Counted from the first letter of the stretch, positions 10,210-22,184 are shown. The stretch is DNA of 32,000 nt from Synechocystis sp. PCC 6803 substr. PCC-P (GCF_000284455.1 NC_017039.1:720001-752000), one strand, 5' to 3'. A program made the numbers and translations. Notes: generated by a model from the letters alone, not told the origin.

Positions 10210-11775
10210 TCACAATCCTGAAACCTCCTTGTTAAAGGATGGTTTAACCTGGGACAATTTCGCCTCAATTTTAGGTTTAAGCCGGTCTAACTCCTGCTTA
10301 AGTAACCGTTTAGTCACCTGGGGTTTACCACCGGGCATGGATTGACTAGTTTGGGCCCACTCCTTGAGCAACTTACACTGATTGGGGGCAACGGTAGCGG
10401 TCAACATATGCTGACAGCGAGTGGGATTTTCCAACGCAAAAAACAGCAACCAATAGGTACCGGATTCCCCCAACATCTGGGCAAAACTCTGACCCGACCT
10501 AGTCTTTAAATCCAAATAACAGGGCAACCAGCGGGGACCATATTCCCGATGGTAGAGCACCGTAATCCACAGCACCATGGGATGGGGAGAAGTCATCAGT
10601 AAAAATTGGTTGTAGCGGATGCTGGACATCCGGGTGAGGATATCCTCTTGATTCAACATCACCCACAAACTAGCCAATTTTCCTTCAGCGGCGTTGAGCA
10701 CATAGGGAAAAACAATTTTCTGTTTTGGTTTATCGGAGGGCCACTCTAACTGCTTACAGAGTTCACTCACCAGCGGCAACCGCGTTTCTGGGACGATTCC
10801 CGGGCCCCGCTGGGCCACCACCGTTGCTTCCATATCCGTGTTGAGTAAATGGGGAGCAATCTGGGTTTTCTCGGTGTCGGAAATGGGGGGAGCTTTGATT
10901 TCCGCTTCAATGGCATCGATCGCCCGGATAATCACATCCACCGATTGGGGACGACCTTTGGGGCTTTTGGCCAGGCAGTTCATCACCAAGGCTTCGAGGG
11001 AAGCGGGGATTTTATAACGGGCGGAAAAGGGATGGGGCTTAGTGTGATGATGGGCTTCATACCAACCCCCAAAGGAAGAATTGTCTGGGAACAGGGGCAT
11101 TTCCCCCGTTAGCATTTCGTACATCATCACCCCCAGACTGTAAATGTCCGAACGGCTATCTAACTCTTTGCCCTCCATTTGCTCTGGGGAACAATAGGCA
11201 AGGGTACCCATAAAAGCTTGGGTTTTCGACTCCTCTGCTGCTTGTACTAATTTGGCGATACCAAAATCGAGAATTTTAACCAGTTCCCCCAGGGCGGGGT
11301 CTTCCACCAACAGTACGTTGCTGGGCTTGATATCCCGGTGGACAACGGGGCAGGCTTCCCCTTGGTAAATAATTCCTTTATGGGCACAATCCAAGCCAAA
11401 GCAAATTTGCCTAGCTATTTTTAAAAAGCGCTCTACTTTGAGGGGACGGTATTTAATCACGTCACTAATGTTTTCCCCTTGGAGGTATTCCATCACGTAG
11501 AAGGGAATTTCCTTTTCGTCCAGGCCGTAATCCCGCACCCGCACAATGTGGATACTTTTTTCCCCCAGTAGGGCCGAAATAGTGGCTTCCCGTTCAAACC
11601 GTTCCTTCATGCGGGGATTGAGCAAGGCTTGGGAAAGGAATTTGACTGCGACGGTGACTCCCCCAAGGAGCTTATCTTCCGCTCGGTAGACTTGACCCAT
11701 AGCTCCACTACCCACCAACTCAACCAGTTGATAGCGATTGGCCAATAGACGGCGGTGACGGGAGTCAGGGGTCAT
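10210..11775 (-). CDS. spkA: Eukaryotic-type serine/threonine protein kinase (SpkA-like)
   Basis: 521 aa; YQLVELVGSGAMGQVYRAEDKLLGGVTVAVKFL, VVHRDIKPSNVLL, KILDFGIAKL and GTLAYCSPEQMEGKELDSRSDIYSLGVMMYEML kinase motifs, plus a C-terminal extension. Confidence 0.93.
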   Translation of the reverse strand: MTPDSRHRRLLANRYQLVELVGSGAMGQVYRAEDKLLGGVTVAVKFLSQALLNPRMKERFEREATISALLGEKSIHIVRVRDYGLDEKEIPFYVMEYLQGENISDVIKYRPLKVERFLKIARQICFGLDCAHKGIIYQGEACPVVHRDIKPSNVLLVEDPALGELVKILDFGIAKLVQAAEESKTQAFMGTLAYCSPEQMEGKELDSRSDIYSLGVMMYEMLTGEMPLFPDNSSFGGWYEAHHHTKPHPFSARYKIPASLEALVMNCLAKSPKGRPQSVDVIIRAIDAIEAEIKAPPISDTEKTQIAPHLLNTDMEATVVAQRGPGIVPETRLPLVSELCKQLEWPSDKPKQKIVFPYVLNAAEGKLASLWVMLNQEDILTRMSSIRYNQFLLMTSPHPMVLWITVLYHREYGPRWLPCYLDLKTRSGQSFAQMLGESGTYWLLFFALENPTRCQHMLTATVAPNQCKLLKEWAQTSQSMPGGKPQVTKRLLKQELDRLKPKIEAKLSQVKPSFNKEVSGL

Positions 11776-11848
11776 AGCGCAAATATCTCAGCGACGAGCG
11801 GTGACGTTAATTTTTTGAGCAACAAGCAATCAATATCGATCCCTAGCC

Positions 11849-12292
11849 TCAACCCTGTCTTTCCAGGGTGGCTTCCATTGTACTGGTCAAGGAGTGGCCG
11901 GTGAGCATCCCACTAGCTAAATAATAACGACGATCATTGAAGCGGTAAAAGGTTTCAAAGCCACTCTGCCGTTGGCGATCGCCTAGGACCCAATAGCGCT
12001 GAACAATGGCATGGTTAGAGAGCCAGCCTTCCCCTTCTACTCTCCCTAGTTGACTGTGTTGCAAAACGTAGGTGTATTGGGACTCTCCGCCATTGAGACG
12101 CCCCCGATACTGACAGGATATATCTTGGTGACTACTACCAGGAAAACTAAACTTGGTCACCATGGTAAACCAATCTTCCTGATTCCAAGCTATCAGGGCA
12201 CCTCCCTTGATTTCCAGGGGAGATTGATTGCGCTCCTGCCAAAAGCCCTCTAGATGCCATCGGCCTGGCTCCAATAGGAAAGTGTGGGCCAA
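11849..12292 (-). CDS. Conserved hypothetical protein
   Basis: 147 aa ORF MAHTFLLEPGRWHLEGFWQERNQSPLEIKGGALIAWNQEDWFTMVTKFSF..., lying upstream of the kinase gene on the same strand. Confidence 0.8.
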   Translation of the reverse strand: MAHTFLLEPGRWHLEGFWQERNQSPLEIKGGALIAWNQEDWFTMVTKFSFPGSSHQDISCQYRGRLNGGESQYTYVLQHSQLGRVEGEGWLSNHAIVQRYWVLGDRQRQSGFETFYRFNDRRYYLASGMLTGHSLTSTMEATLERQG

Positions 12293-12518
12293 AGTGTTTT
12301 TCTCCGGTTCCGTGCAATTCCATTGTCCCTAATTCTGGCAGTGAGCTCAGGAAATATCACAAAAAATCCACACCACAATTGCCACTATTTAGTTTAGTGA
12401 TGGGGAGTCTAGTCAAAAAACAGTAAAAACAATGACATTGTTGTTCTAGAACAGTAGTCAAAGTTACAATATAAGGACATTTTATTGGATTCTAAGTTTT
12501 TATAGGACTACGTGGGGA

Positions 12519-13385
12519 ATGGTAAATTCAGCAGTTCGCTCCCTGGCCATTGTGGGGGGAGTGCATGGTAATGAAAGGACGGGGGTGGAGGTGGTGCGTC
12601 GCTGGCAACAGAAAGATTTTGCTCGATATTTTCCGGCATTGAAGTGTCACTATTTCTTGGCTAATCCCCGGGCGATCGCCGCCAATCGTAGATATATTAA
12701 CCAGGACTTAAACCGTTGTTTTCGGCCCCAGGACCGCAAAAACCCCTATCTAATGGGCTATGAGCAGTTGCGGGCTCGGCAGTTGGCCCATCAAATTTCC
12801 CTGGCGGGGATTGATTTCATTGTGGATTTGCACACCACCACTGCGGCCATGGGCACAACTTTGATTTTAAACTGCCCCCATCCCCTGCTCCTCAACCTAG
12901 CGGCTTATCTCAGCGCCCAGGATGAGGAAATTCGAGTGTTGCAGTATTCTCCCCAAAAGGATTTACCCTACATTCGTGGCCTGTGTGAATTAGGCTTAAC
13001 CATCGAACTAGGCCCCGTCCCCCAGGGGGTCTATGACCCAACGGCGATCGCCAAAACCCAACGGACCTTGGCCCGAATTCTAGCCTATCTCCAGGCCTCG
13101 ACCTCCGGTAATGTTCCAGCGGCGGATAACTGCACTGTTTATCAGCAGATAGACACTATTGATTATCCCAGGGATGAACAAGGACAGATTGTGGCGGAAA
13201 TTGCGCCCCACATCCGGGATTACCAGGCGATTAAACCAGGCACACCATTGTTTTACCATCGCCGGGGTAATGTTACGCCTTACCAGGGAGCTGCGACGGT
13301 TTACCCCGTATTTATTGGTGAAGCGGCCTATGTGGAAAAGGGCATTGCCATGGCGTTAACCCAGCGCAAAACCATTGCCATTTGA
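12519..13385 (+). CDS. Aspartoacylase / succinylglutamate desuccinylase family zinc carboxypeptidase-like protein
   Basis: 288 aa; [59 protein letters not shown]. Confidence 0.9.
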
Positions 13386-13525
13386 CGGACTGATGATCAT
13401 TGATCATGCAATCACCGGGTTGATAAGGTCGACAAAATAGAAAGAAATCTTCCGGGCGATCGATAAAGTGGGGAATTTGAGCTAACCTTTGATGGCACTA
13501 TGTGGAGGTCAATCACTGGATAGCC

Positions 13526-14533
13526 ATGGCGGATTGTTTTTTTGTCACTGGGGGCACGGGCTTTGTCGGGGCTAATTTGGTCCGCCATCTGTTGGAGCAG
13601 GGTTATCAGGTGCGGGCGTTGGTGCGGGCTTCCAGCCGTCCCGATAATTTGCAAAATTTACCCATAGATTGGGTCGTGGGAGATTTGAATGATGGGGATC
13701 TTCACCAACAAATGCAAGGCTGTCAGGGTCTCTTCCATGTGGCGGCCCACTATTCCCTTTGGCAAAAAGACCGGGAAGCTCTTTACCGCAGTAATGTTTT
13801 AGGCACGAGAAATATCCTGGCCTGTGCCCAAAAAGCAGGCATTGAACGCACTGTCTACACCAGTTCCGTGGCGGCGATCGGCGTTAAAGGGGACGGTCAA
13901 AGGGCGGACGAAAGTTATCAAAGTCCAGTGGAAAAGTTAATTGGAGCCTATAAACAGTCCAAATATTGGGCGGAACAGGAGGCATTGACAGCGGCCCAGC
14001 AAGGCCAAGACATTGTCATTGTTAATCCCAGCACTCCCATTGGCCCCTGGGATATTAAACCTACTCCCACGGGAGAAATAATTCTGCGCTTTCTGCGGCG
14101 ACAAATGCCAGCCTACGTTAACACTGGCTTGAATTTAATCGATGTGCGGGATGTGGCGGCGGGGCATCTCCTGGCTTGGCAACGGGGAAAAACTGCTCTG
14201 ACCAGAGGCGATCGCTATATTTTGGGCCATGAAAATATCAGTCTTCAAGGGATTTTGGCCCATCTATCTACCATTACGGGGTTACCCGCCCCGAAAAATA
14301 CGGTTCCCCTTTGGTTACCCTTGACCTTTGCCTGGGTGGAAGAAAAAGTTCTGGCTCCCCTGGGGCGATCGCCTTCGGTGCCCATGGATGGGGTTAAAAT
14401 GTCCGCCCAGGAGATGTATTACGATGCTAGTAAAGCGGTGCAGGAATTGGGGCTACCCCAGTCCTCTATCAAACAGGCTTTGGCAGATGCGGTGCATTGG
14501 TTCCAAAACCATGGCTACGTTAAGACCCAATAA
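13526..14533 (+). CDS. NAD-dependent epimerase/dehydratase, dihydroflavonol 4-reductase / HpnA-like
   Basis: ORF 13502..14533. Rossmann motif FVTGGTGFVGANLVRHLL starts just after the internal Met at 13526. DESYQSPVEKLIGAYKQSKYWAEQEAL contains the YxxxK motif. Confidence 0.88.
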   Translation: MADCFFVTGGTGFVGANLVRHLLEQGYQVRALVRASSRPDNLQNLPIDWVVGDLNDGDLHQQMQGCQGLFHVAAHYSLWQKDREALYRSNVLGTRNILACAQKAGIERTVYTSSVAAIGVKGDGQRADESYQSPVEKLIGAYKQSKYWAEQEALTAAQQGQDIVIVNPSTPIGPWDIKPTPTGEIILRFLRRQMPAYVNTGLNLIDVRDVAAGHLLAWQRGKTALTRGDRYILGHENISLQGILAHLSTITGLPAPKNTVPLWLPLTFAWVEEKVLAPLGRSPSVPMDGVKMSAQEMYYDASKAVQELGLPQSSIKQALADAVHWFQNHGYVKTQ

Positions 14534-14537
14534 TTCT

Positions 14538-14652
14538 AAGAACGTGTTTGGAAAGTTTTATTCTGCCCCCCAAATCCCCCAATACTGGGGGACTTTCACT
14601 CAGTTTCCCCCCAAATTTTGGGGGCCAGGGGGGCTTTTAAAACAGGCTCTAA
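14538..14652. repeat. MITE-like dispersed repeat, copy 1
   Basis: TAA-GAACGTGTTTGGAAAGTTTTATTCTGCCCCCCAAATC...GGGGGACTTTCACTCAGTTTCCCCCCAAATTTTGGGGG...GGGGGGCTTTTAAAACAGGCTC-TAA. Imperfect terminal inverted repeats. Related to 22048..22184 and 26278..26407. Confidence 0.85.
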
Positions 14653-14765
14653 GTCCCTTGTCGTTGCACTGGAACGGAGAAGATTTTCCTGTAGTTCCAG
14701 ATGATGCGTCGCTATCATCCCATCTGAATTCAACCCATACTTGATTCCAATTTTTATCATTTTCC

Positions 14766-14960
14766 ATGACTATTCAACTAACTGTACCCACCATTGCCTG
14801 TGAAGCCTGTGCCGAAGCTGTGACCAAAGCCGTGCAAAATGAGGATGCCCAAGCAACGGTGCAAGTGGATTTAACCAGCAAAAAAGTCACCATCACCAGT
14901 GCTCTGGGGGAAGAACAACTACGAACGGCGATCGCCTCGGCGGGCCATGAAGTTGAGTGA
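14766..14960 (+). CDS. atx1: Copper metallochaperone, Atx1 type (heavy-metal-associated domain)
   Basis: 64 aa MTIQLTVPTIACEACAEAVTKAVQNEDAQATVQVDLTSKKVTITSALGEEQLRTAIASAGHEVE, with the CxxC metal site and loop histidine. Confidence 0.92.
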   Translation: MTIQLTVPTIACEACAEAVTKAVQNEDAQATVQVDLTSKKVTITSALGEEQLRTAIASAGHEVE

Positions 14961-15085
14961 AGTGTAACAGAGGTCGAGACAGTGACGATTTTTCGTTCCG
15001 GCTGTTCTGGTTTGCATTTATAGCCTAACCCTCTACAATCGAGGGAGTATTTTGCAACCCGTATGTGTGTGTGAGGCTCTGAACA

Positions 15086-16321
15086 ATGCAGTCCCAATCG
15101 AGGATAAAAGACCTGAAACGTAAGCCTGGTCAAGGTGCCAATCTCTACAATCTGTCTTTGGGCGGGCTGATCATTATCGGTGGTTTGGTTTGGTCTTTAC
15201 CCGGTAGCACCACTGGCAATTTGGAAATTGAACAATCTGCCCCCGCTCCCGTCACCCCAGCCGCTCCCCCAGCTCCGGTGAAAGCTACGGCCCCCGTGCC
15301 AGTCCAATCGACTCCGGACTCCAAGCCAGCAGCGCCTAGATTACCTGCTCCCACTATTGCACCCATTTCTAGCCAGCCAGCCCAAATACGCCAGGGTTTG
15401 CAAAAAAATAGTTACATTGATGCGGCTCCCCAGGGTACAGCGGCGGCCCCCAATCTGCCCACCCGGACAGAAGTGGAGTTCGTTCCCCGTTCTGGGCAAC
15501 AGGCTCCCCTCAATACCCGTTATCCCGCCGCCAATCGCAGTGCTAACCGTGCCCCCGTGGCCCGTCAGCAATCTAGTCCGGTTAATCCCCCCAAGGCGAT
15601 CACCCCCCGTCGGCAGAGCATCAATGCCCGTAATGCGGCTCCCGGTAACAATTCTGTTTCTCCCCTCAATCCTCTAAATATTCAGCCTAAAATCAGTTCC
15701 CTGGCGATCGGGCAACCAGTGGGGTCCAATCAGGTTTTCAGCCTTGATCCTATGGCCAATCGGGGTATTCAAATCGCCCTAGCTCCTTTACCGGAATACA
15801 GTAGGGCCACGGGTTTGTACTCTACCCAAGGTCAGCCCAACCAAGGGACTGATCTGATGTTCCCCGTTGCCGGCGTTAACCCCATTACCTCCGCCTTTGG
15901 TTGGCGAATTCACCCCATCAGTGGCCAAGGGCGTATGCACAATGGCACCGACATCGGCGCTCCCATGGGCACTCCTGTACTGGCCGCCTATGACGGAATA
16001 GTAGCAGCGGCCCAATGGTCCGGCGGCTATGGCTTAATGGTTACCCTACGCCACTTAGATGGAACCCAGGAATCTCGTTATGCTCACCTATCAGAAGCTT
16101 TTGTAGAAAGTGGACAACAGGTGACTCAGGGTGAAGTGATCGGTCGAGTTGGTAGCACAGGCTTCTCCACTGGGCCTCATTTGCACTTTGAATGGCGACA
16201 CCTAACCAATGATGGTTGGGTTGCAGTGGATGCAGGCCCCCATTTGGAAGCCGCTTTGGCTAATTTGATGGCGGCCCAAAAATATGCCCAATCCCAAGCT
16301 GACTCCCAGCCCCAAAGTTAA
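15086..16321 (+). CDS. M23 family peptidase (LytM/peptidoglycan endopeptidase-like)
   Basis: 411 aa; TM segment, long Pro/Ala/Asn-rich linker, C-terminal SAFGWRIHPISGQGRMHNGTDIGAPMGTPVLAAYDG...HLDGTQESRYAHLS...GRVGSTGFSTGPHLHFEWR. Confidence 0.95.
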   Translation: MQSQSRIKDLKRKPGQGANLYNLSLGGLIIIGGLVWSLPGSTTGNLEIEQSAPAPVTPAAPPAPVKATAPVPVQSTPDSKPAAPRLPAPTIAPISSQPAQIRQGLQKNSYIDAAPQGTAAAPNLPTRTEVEFVPRSGQQAPLNTRYPAANRSANRAPVARQQSSPVNPPKAITPRRQSINARNAAPGNNSVSPLNPLNIQPKISSLAIGQPVGSNQVFSLDPMANRGIQIALAPLPEYSRATGLYSTQGQPNQGTDLMFPVAGVNPITSAFGWRIHPISGQGRMHNGTDIGAPMGTPVLAAYDGIVAAAQWSGGYGLMVTLRHLDGTQESRYAHLSEAFVESGQQVTQGEVIGRVGSTGFSTGPHLHFEWRHLTNDGWVAVDAGPHLEAALANLMAAQKYAQSQADSQPQS

Positions 16322-16370
16322 ACGACGGATATCTATAATTAAACAACCGATGGATTTCCCATTGTTTCAA

Positions 16371-16403
16371 TTCCCTGAGTGCATCCAACTCGGGGATTTT
16401 TTA
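16371..16403 (+). terminator. Rho-independent terminator candidate downstream of the M23 peptidase gene
   Basis: CCCTGAGT (16373-16380) / ACTCGGGG (16388-16395) stem with one G-T pair, followed by ATTTTTTATTTG. Confidence 0.7.
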
Positions 16404-16535
16404 TTTGACTATGGCAACAGCCTAGACAATTCCAACAAAATGTAATCAATGTCAATTTCCCCTACCTAAGTCGACAGAAAAAACTCCGTCGGTCATCTCG
16501 TCTTAGTTTACATTGGGGTAATTGTTCAATCACGA

Positions 16536-18921
<2,386 letters not shown>

Positions 18922-19009
18922 AATACAGGGAGTTCTTGCTTGGATTCTACCCCGATCGCCTAAAAAGTCTGAAAAATCCGGCCAAAAATGCTGTCAATTT
19001 AGTCCAAAT

Positions 19010-19741
19010 TTAAATATCCCCCTCTAAACAATAGGATTCGTAGAGATTGAGATACTCCATGGCGTTTTGCACTGCTTGGGGGCGTAAATTACGCTTTTCC
19101 GGAGGAAAATTGGCCAACACATTGGCCGGTTCTAGATAAAGGGCACACCAAGAAATACCAAACCAGGCTTGCCCCGTCACCAGGGAGCGGACAAATTGCA
19201 CTGTGAAATTCTCCGGCAGGGCGTAGGCCGCCTTAGACATTAGTTGCACTGGGGTTGATCGCCAAAGGTCATTGCCACCCTGGGTACTGAGGGGGCCAAG
19301 AGTTTGATAATCGTCCAGGGCCAGGAGGTAACCGACAATGAATAATTCTTCCGGGGTCAAATCCCCCAAATCCATATGGGTAGGGGGTTTGTCATTTTTT
19401 CTGGCCAGGGCCACGAGGAACTGTTCGGCGTTGTTGCTGCCGTCAATATTCCAGCCCAAGGCATTAATCACTGCGGCCTTTTCCCCCAAGGGGCGATCGC
19501 CAAGGAGAAAATCTACAATGAGGGGAGACATAATCCGATACTGCTGGGCCCATTCCACGGCGGCAATGTCGGAGTAAGCTCCAGCTAAATCCGTGGAAGT
19601 CAGGGGACTATCGGCCCGGCTGGCCAGGGGGTCTAAAGCTAGAATGGAGAGCCCCGCCAGACCCAAGCTGGTAATCCAGGAGGCAACCTTTTTTGGCAAT
19701 AAATGCGTCTGCATAGAAATACCTGATTCTGATTTCACCAC
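19010..19741 (-). CDS. Conserved hypothetical exported protein
   Basis: 243 aa; signal-peptide-like N-terminus MQTHLLPKKVASWITSLGLAGLSILALDPLASRADS. Alternative start at 19714. Confidence 0.82.
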   Translation of the reverse strand: MVKSESGISMQTHLLPKKVASWITSLGLAGLSILALDPLASRADSPLTSTDLAGAYSDIAAVEWAQQYRIMSPLIVDFLLGDRPLGEKAAVINALGWNIDGSNNAEQFLVALARKNDKPPTHMDLGDLTPEELFIVGYLLALDDYQTLGPLSTQGGNDLWRSTPVQLMSKAAYALPENFTVQFVRSLVTGQAWFGISWCALYLEPANVLANFPPEKRNLRPQAVQNAMEYLNLYESYCLEGDI

Positions 19742-19782
19742 TGTATCGGTCTAAAATTGGACTGCTTTTGCCCTAATTTGCC

Positions 19783-22032
19783 ATGGCTACCCGTTCCCGC
19801 AAAGCCCCTTCTGCCCCTAAAAAAAGTCAAACTAACCTTTCCCAGGGTGGCAACAGCCAAAAGGTAGCCCTCAAAAAAGGCTCCAGGGTGGCCAAAATTC
19901 GTCTGCAGGAATCGGGCAAAAATTCCCAATCCCGGCGGGTATTTCCCCTCCTTGGCGATCGTTATTTTCTCGGCCGCAGTTCCAGTTGTGATATTCAACT
20001 GCAAAATCCCCTCGTGAGTCAGACCCATTGTTCCCTGCGGCGGGACCCTGACCATCCTAACCAGTTTTTTATTCGAGATGAAGGCTCTAGCAACGGCATT
20101 TATCTGCAACGTCGCCGCCTAAAAAGCTATCGTCTGCAGCATGGTGATGAAATTACCCTGGGGCCACCGGAATTGGTGGATGTGCCCAAACTTGTTTATT
20201 TCAACCCGCCGCCATTGTGGTTAAAGGGAATGCGCACTTTTTTTTCCACTGGTATTCTGTTTTTTCTCATCATCACCGGGGCGATCGCCTGGCAATGGAG
20301 CAAAATTCCCGTTAAACCCATGCCCAGTGGCGTGACGGGGCCAGTTAAGGTTTATGCCGGGGACGGGGTGACGGAAATCAATCCGGTTAAGCAAGAAATT
20401 CACCGGGAATTTGATAATTTAAGTGATTTTTCGCCCTATTTACCCCAAGCGGTCATTGCTTCGGAAGATACTCGCTTTTACTGGCATTTTGGCGTTGATC
20501 CCTACGGTTTGGGCCGAGCGATTTACATTAACCTCCAGGACAGGGATGTGAAACAGGGAGCCAGCACCCTTACTCAACAGTTGGCCCGCAGTTTGTTCAG
20601 TGAAGTAGGGCGGGAAAATACGGCGGGGCGTAAAATTCGGGAAATGTTTGTCGCCCTCAAGTTGGAAGCGGTGTATAGCAAAGACGACATTTTAAAAGCC
20701 TATTTGAATCGAGTTTACCTAGGGGCTGGTAATTACGGCTTTGAAGATGCGGCCCAGTTTTATTTCGACAAATCTGCCCAGGATTTGGATGTGGGGGAAG
20801 CGGCCACCCTAGTGGCAATGTTGCCAGCTCCCAATCTTTACAACCCCGTGCAGGATTATCAAACCTCCGTACAATTGCGGAATCGGGTTATTGAGCGCAT
20901 GGCCATGTTGGGCATGATTGACGAACAGGAAGCCAACCGGGCTAGGCGATCGCGCATTCAGGTCAGTCCCAAGGCTACCCAAACCCTTTCCCAACGGCAG
21001 GCTCCCTACTTTTACGGTTACATTTTTGGCGAATTAAACCATTTACTAGGCGAAGATGTGGCCAAAGAAGGCAATTTTGTCGTGGAAACTAGCCTTAACT
21101 TAAAAATGCAGGCCCTAGCGGAAAAAAGCTTACAAAAATTCCTCACCACGGAGGGAAAAAAGTATGCGGTTTCCCAGGGGGCAGTGGTTACCCTGGACAG
21201 TCGTACCGGGGCAGTTTTGGCCATGGTGGGGGGCAAAAGTTACCGGGAAAGTCAATTTAATCGGGCGAGCCAAGCCCAACGGCAACCAGGCTCAACGTTC
21301 AAGCTTTTTGCCTACACAGCGGCGATCGCCAAGGGAGTGAGCACTAATCAGGCTTTTGAGTGTGGCCCTTTCACCTGGCAGGGTCAAAACTACAAGCCCT
21401 GTGAACGGAGCGGGGCAGCCCCGGCCATTACCTTTGCGGAAGGTTTTGCCCAATCGGAAAATGTGGTGGCCCTACGGGTGGCCCAAACGGTGGGCTTAGA
21501 CGAAATTATTGCCCTGGCTAAGGATTTTGGCGTTAACTCTTCCCTGGTGAAAGAACCAGGTTTGGTGCTGGGGCAGAGTGAAGCTAGGGTGCTGGAGATG
21601 ACCGGAGCCTACGGGGCGATCGCCAATGGAGGTGTTTGGAACCGGCCCCACGGCATTGTTAACATCCGGGATGGGGGGGATTGTCCCGATCCAGAGCAAC
21701 TAAAAAGCTGTCGGGAAGTTTATCAGGTCAGCCAGGATGGCCGGGGACAAAAACAGGTGGTTTCTCCGGCGATCGCCGCCACCATGACCCAACTTTTACA
21801 AGCCGCTGTGACCAATGGCACAGGCAAAGCTGCGGACATTGGCTACGGAACCGCGGGCAAAACCGGCACCACGGATAAAGCAGTGGATTTATGGTTTATT
21901 GGCTTTCTGCCCCAAAAAAATCTGGTCACCGGCATTTGGTTAGGCAATGACGACAGTAGTCCCACCCAAGGCAGTAGTGGTCTGGCCGCTACCCTTTGGG
22001 GTCAATATATGCGACAAATTGCTTCCTTGTAG
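19783..22032 (+). CDS. Class A penicillin-binding protein (GT51 transglycosylase and transpeptidase) with N-terminal FHA domain
   Basis: 749 aa; FHA-like LLGDRYFLGRSSSCDIQLQNPLVSQTHCSLRRD...GSSNGIYL, GT51 EDTRFYWHFGVDPYGLGRA and KQGASTLTQQLARSLF, transpeptidase SxxK RQPGSTFKLFAYTAAI and GTAGKTGTTDKAVDLWFIGF. Confidence 0.96.
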   Translation: MATRSRKAPSAPKKSQTNLSQGGNSQKVALKKGSRVAKIRLQESGKNSQSRRVFPLLGDRYFLGRSSSCDIQLQNPLVSQTHCSLRRDPDHPNQFFIRDEGSSNGIYLQRRRLKSYRLQHGDEITLGPPELVDVPKLVYFNPPPLWLKGMRTFFSTGILFFLIITGAIAWQWSKIPVKPMPSGVTGPVKVYAGDGVTEINPVKQEIHREFDNLSDFSPYLPQAVIASEDTRFYWHFGVDPYGLGRAIYINLQDRDVKQGASTLTQQLARSLFSEVGRENTAGRKIREMFVALKLEAVYSKDDILKAYLNRVYLGAGNYGFEDAAQFYFDKSAQDLDVGEAATLVAMLPAPNLYNPVQDYQTSVQLRNRVIERMAMLGMIDEQEANRARRSRIQVSPKATQTLSQRQAPYFYGYIFGELNHLLGEDVAKEGNFVVETSLNLKMQALAEKSLQKFLTTEGKKYAVSQGAVVTLDSRTGAVLAMVGGKSYRESQFNRASQAQRQPGSTFKLFAYTAAIAKGVSTNQAFECGPFTWQGQNYKPCERSGAAPAITFAEGFAQSENVVALRVAQTVGLDEIIALAKDFGVNSSLVKEPGLVLGQSEARVLEMTGAYGAIANGGVWNRPHGIVNIRDGGDCPDPEQLKSCREVYQVSQDGRGQKQVVSPAIAATMTQLLQAAVTNGTGKAADIGYGTAGKTGTTDKAVDLWFIGFLPQKNLVTGIWLGNDDSSPTQGSSGLAATLWGQYMRQIASL

Positions 22033-22047
22033 TTAACTGGGTTGATC

Positions 22048-22184
22048 AAAAAGCTTGTTTAAAAAGTCATGGTCCGCCCCCTAAATCGACCCACTAAAGC
22101 TCCGGCTCTGGCAAGTTTGGGGGAATTTGAACACTGTTCCCCCCAGAGTTGGGGGGCTAGGGGGGCTTTTAAAACACGTTCTAA
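22048..22184. repeat. MITE-like dispersed repeat, copy 2
   Basis: AAGCTTGTTTAAAAAG...CCGCCCCCTAAATCGACCCACTAAAGCTCCGG...TTCCCCCCAGAGTTGGGGGGCTAGGGGGGCTTTTAAAACACGTTC-TAA. Aligns by eye with copies 1 and 3. Confidence 0.8.

Noticed and set aside
12050-12253. Plus-strand 67-aa ORF
   Set aside because: Antisense to the 11849..12292 conserved hypothetical gene.
14538-14652. Copy 1 as a simple rho-independent terminator only
   Set aside because: Similarity with two other intervals extends well beyond the hairpin and includes inverted ends, so a dispersed element is the better description, although a terminator function is not excluded.
14328-14744. Plus-strand 138-aa ORF spanning the 3' end of the SDR gene and the repeat
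   Set aside because: Out of frame with the SDR gene and translates through the non-coding repeat (proline/tryptophan-rich from G/C runs).
14774-15133. Minus-strand 119-aa ORF
   Set aside because: Antisense to the clear Atx1 gene.
15357-15677. Plus-strand alternate-frame ORF inside the M23 peptidase
   Set aside because: Frame-shifted reading of the Pro/Ala-rich linker; the main frame is continuous to the LytM domain.
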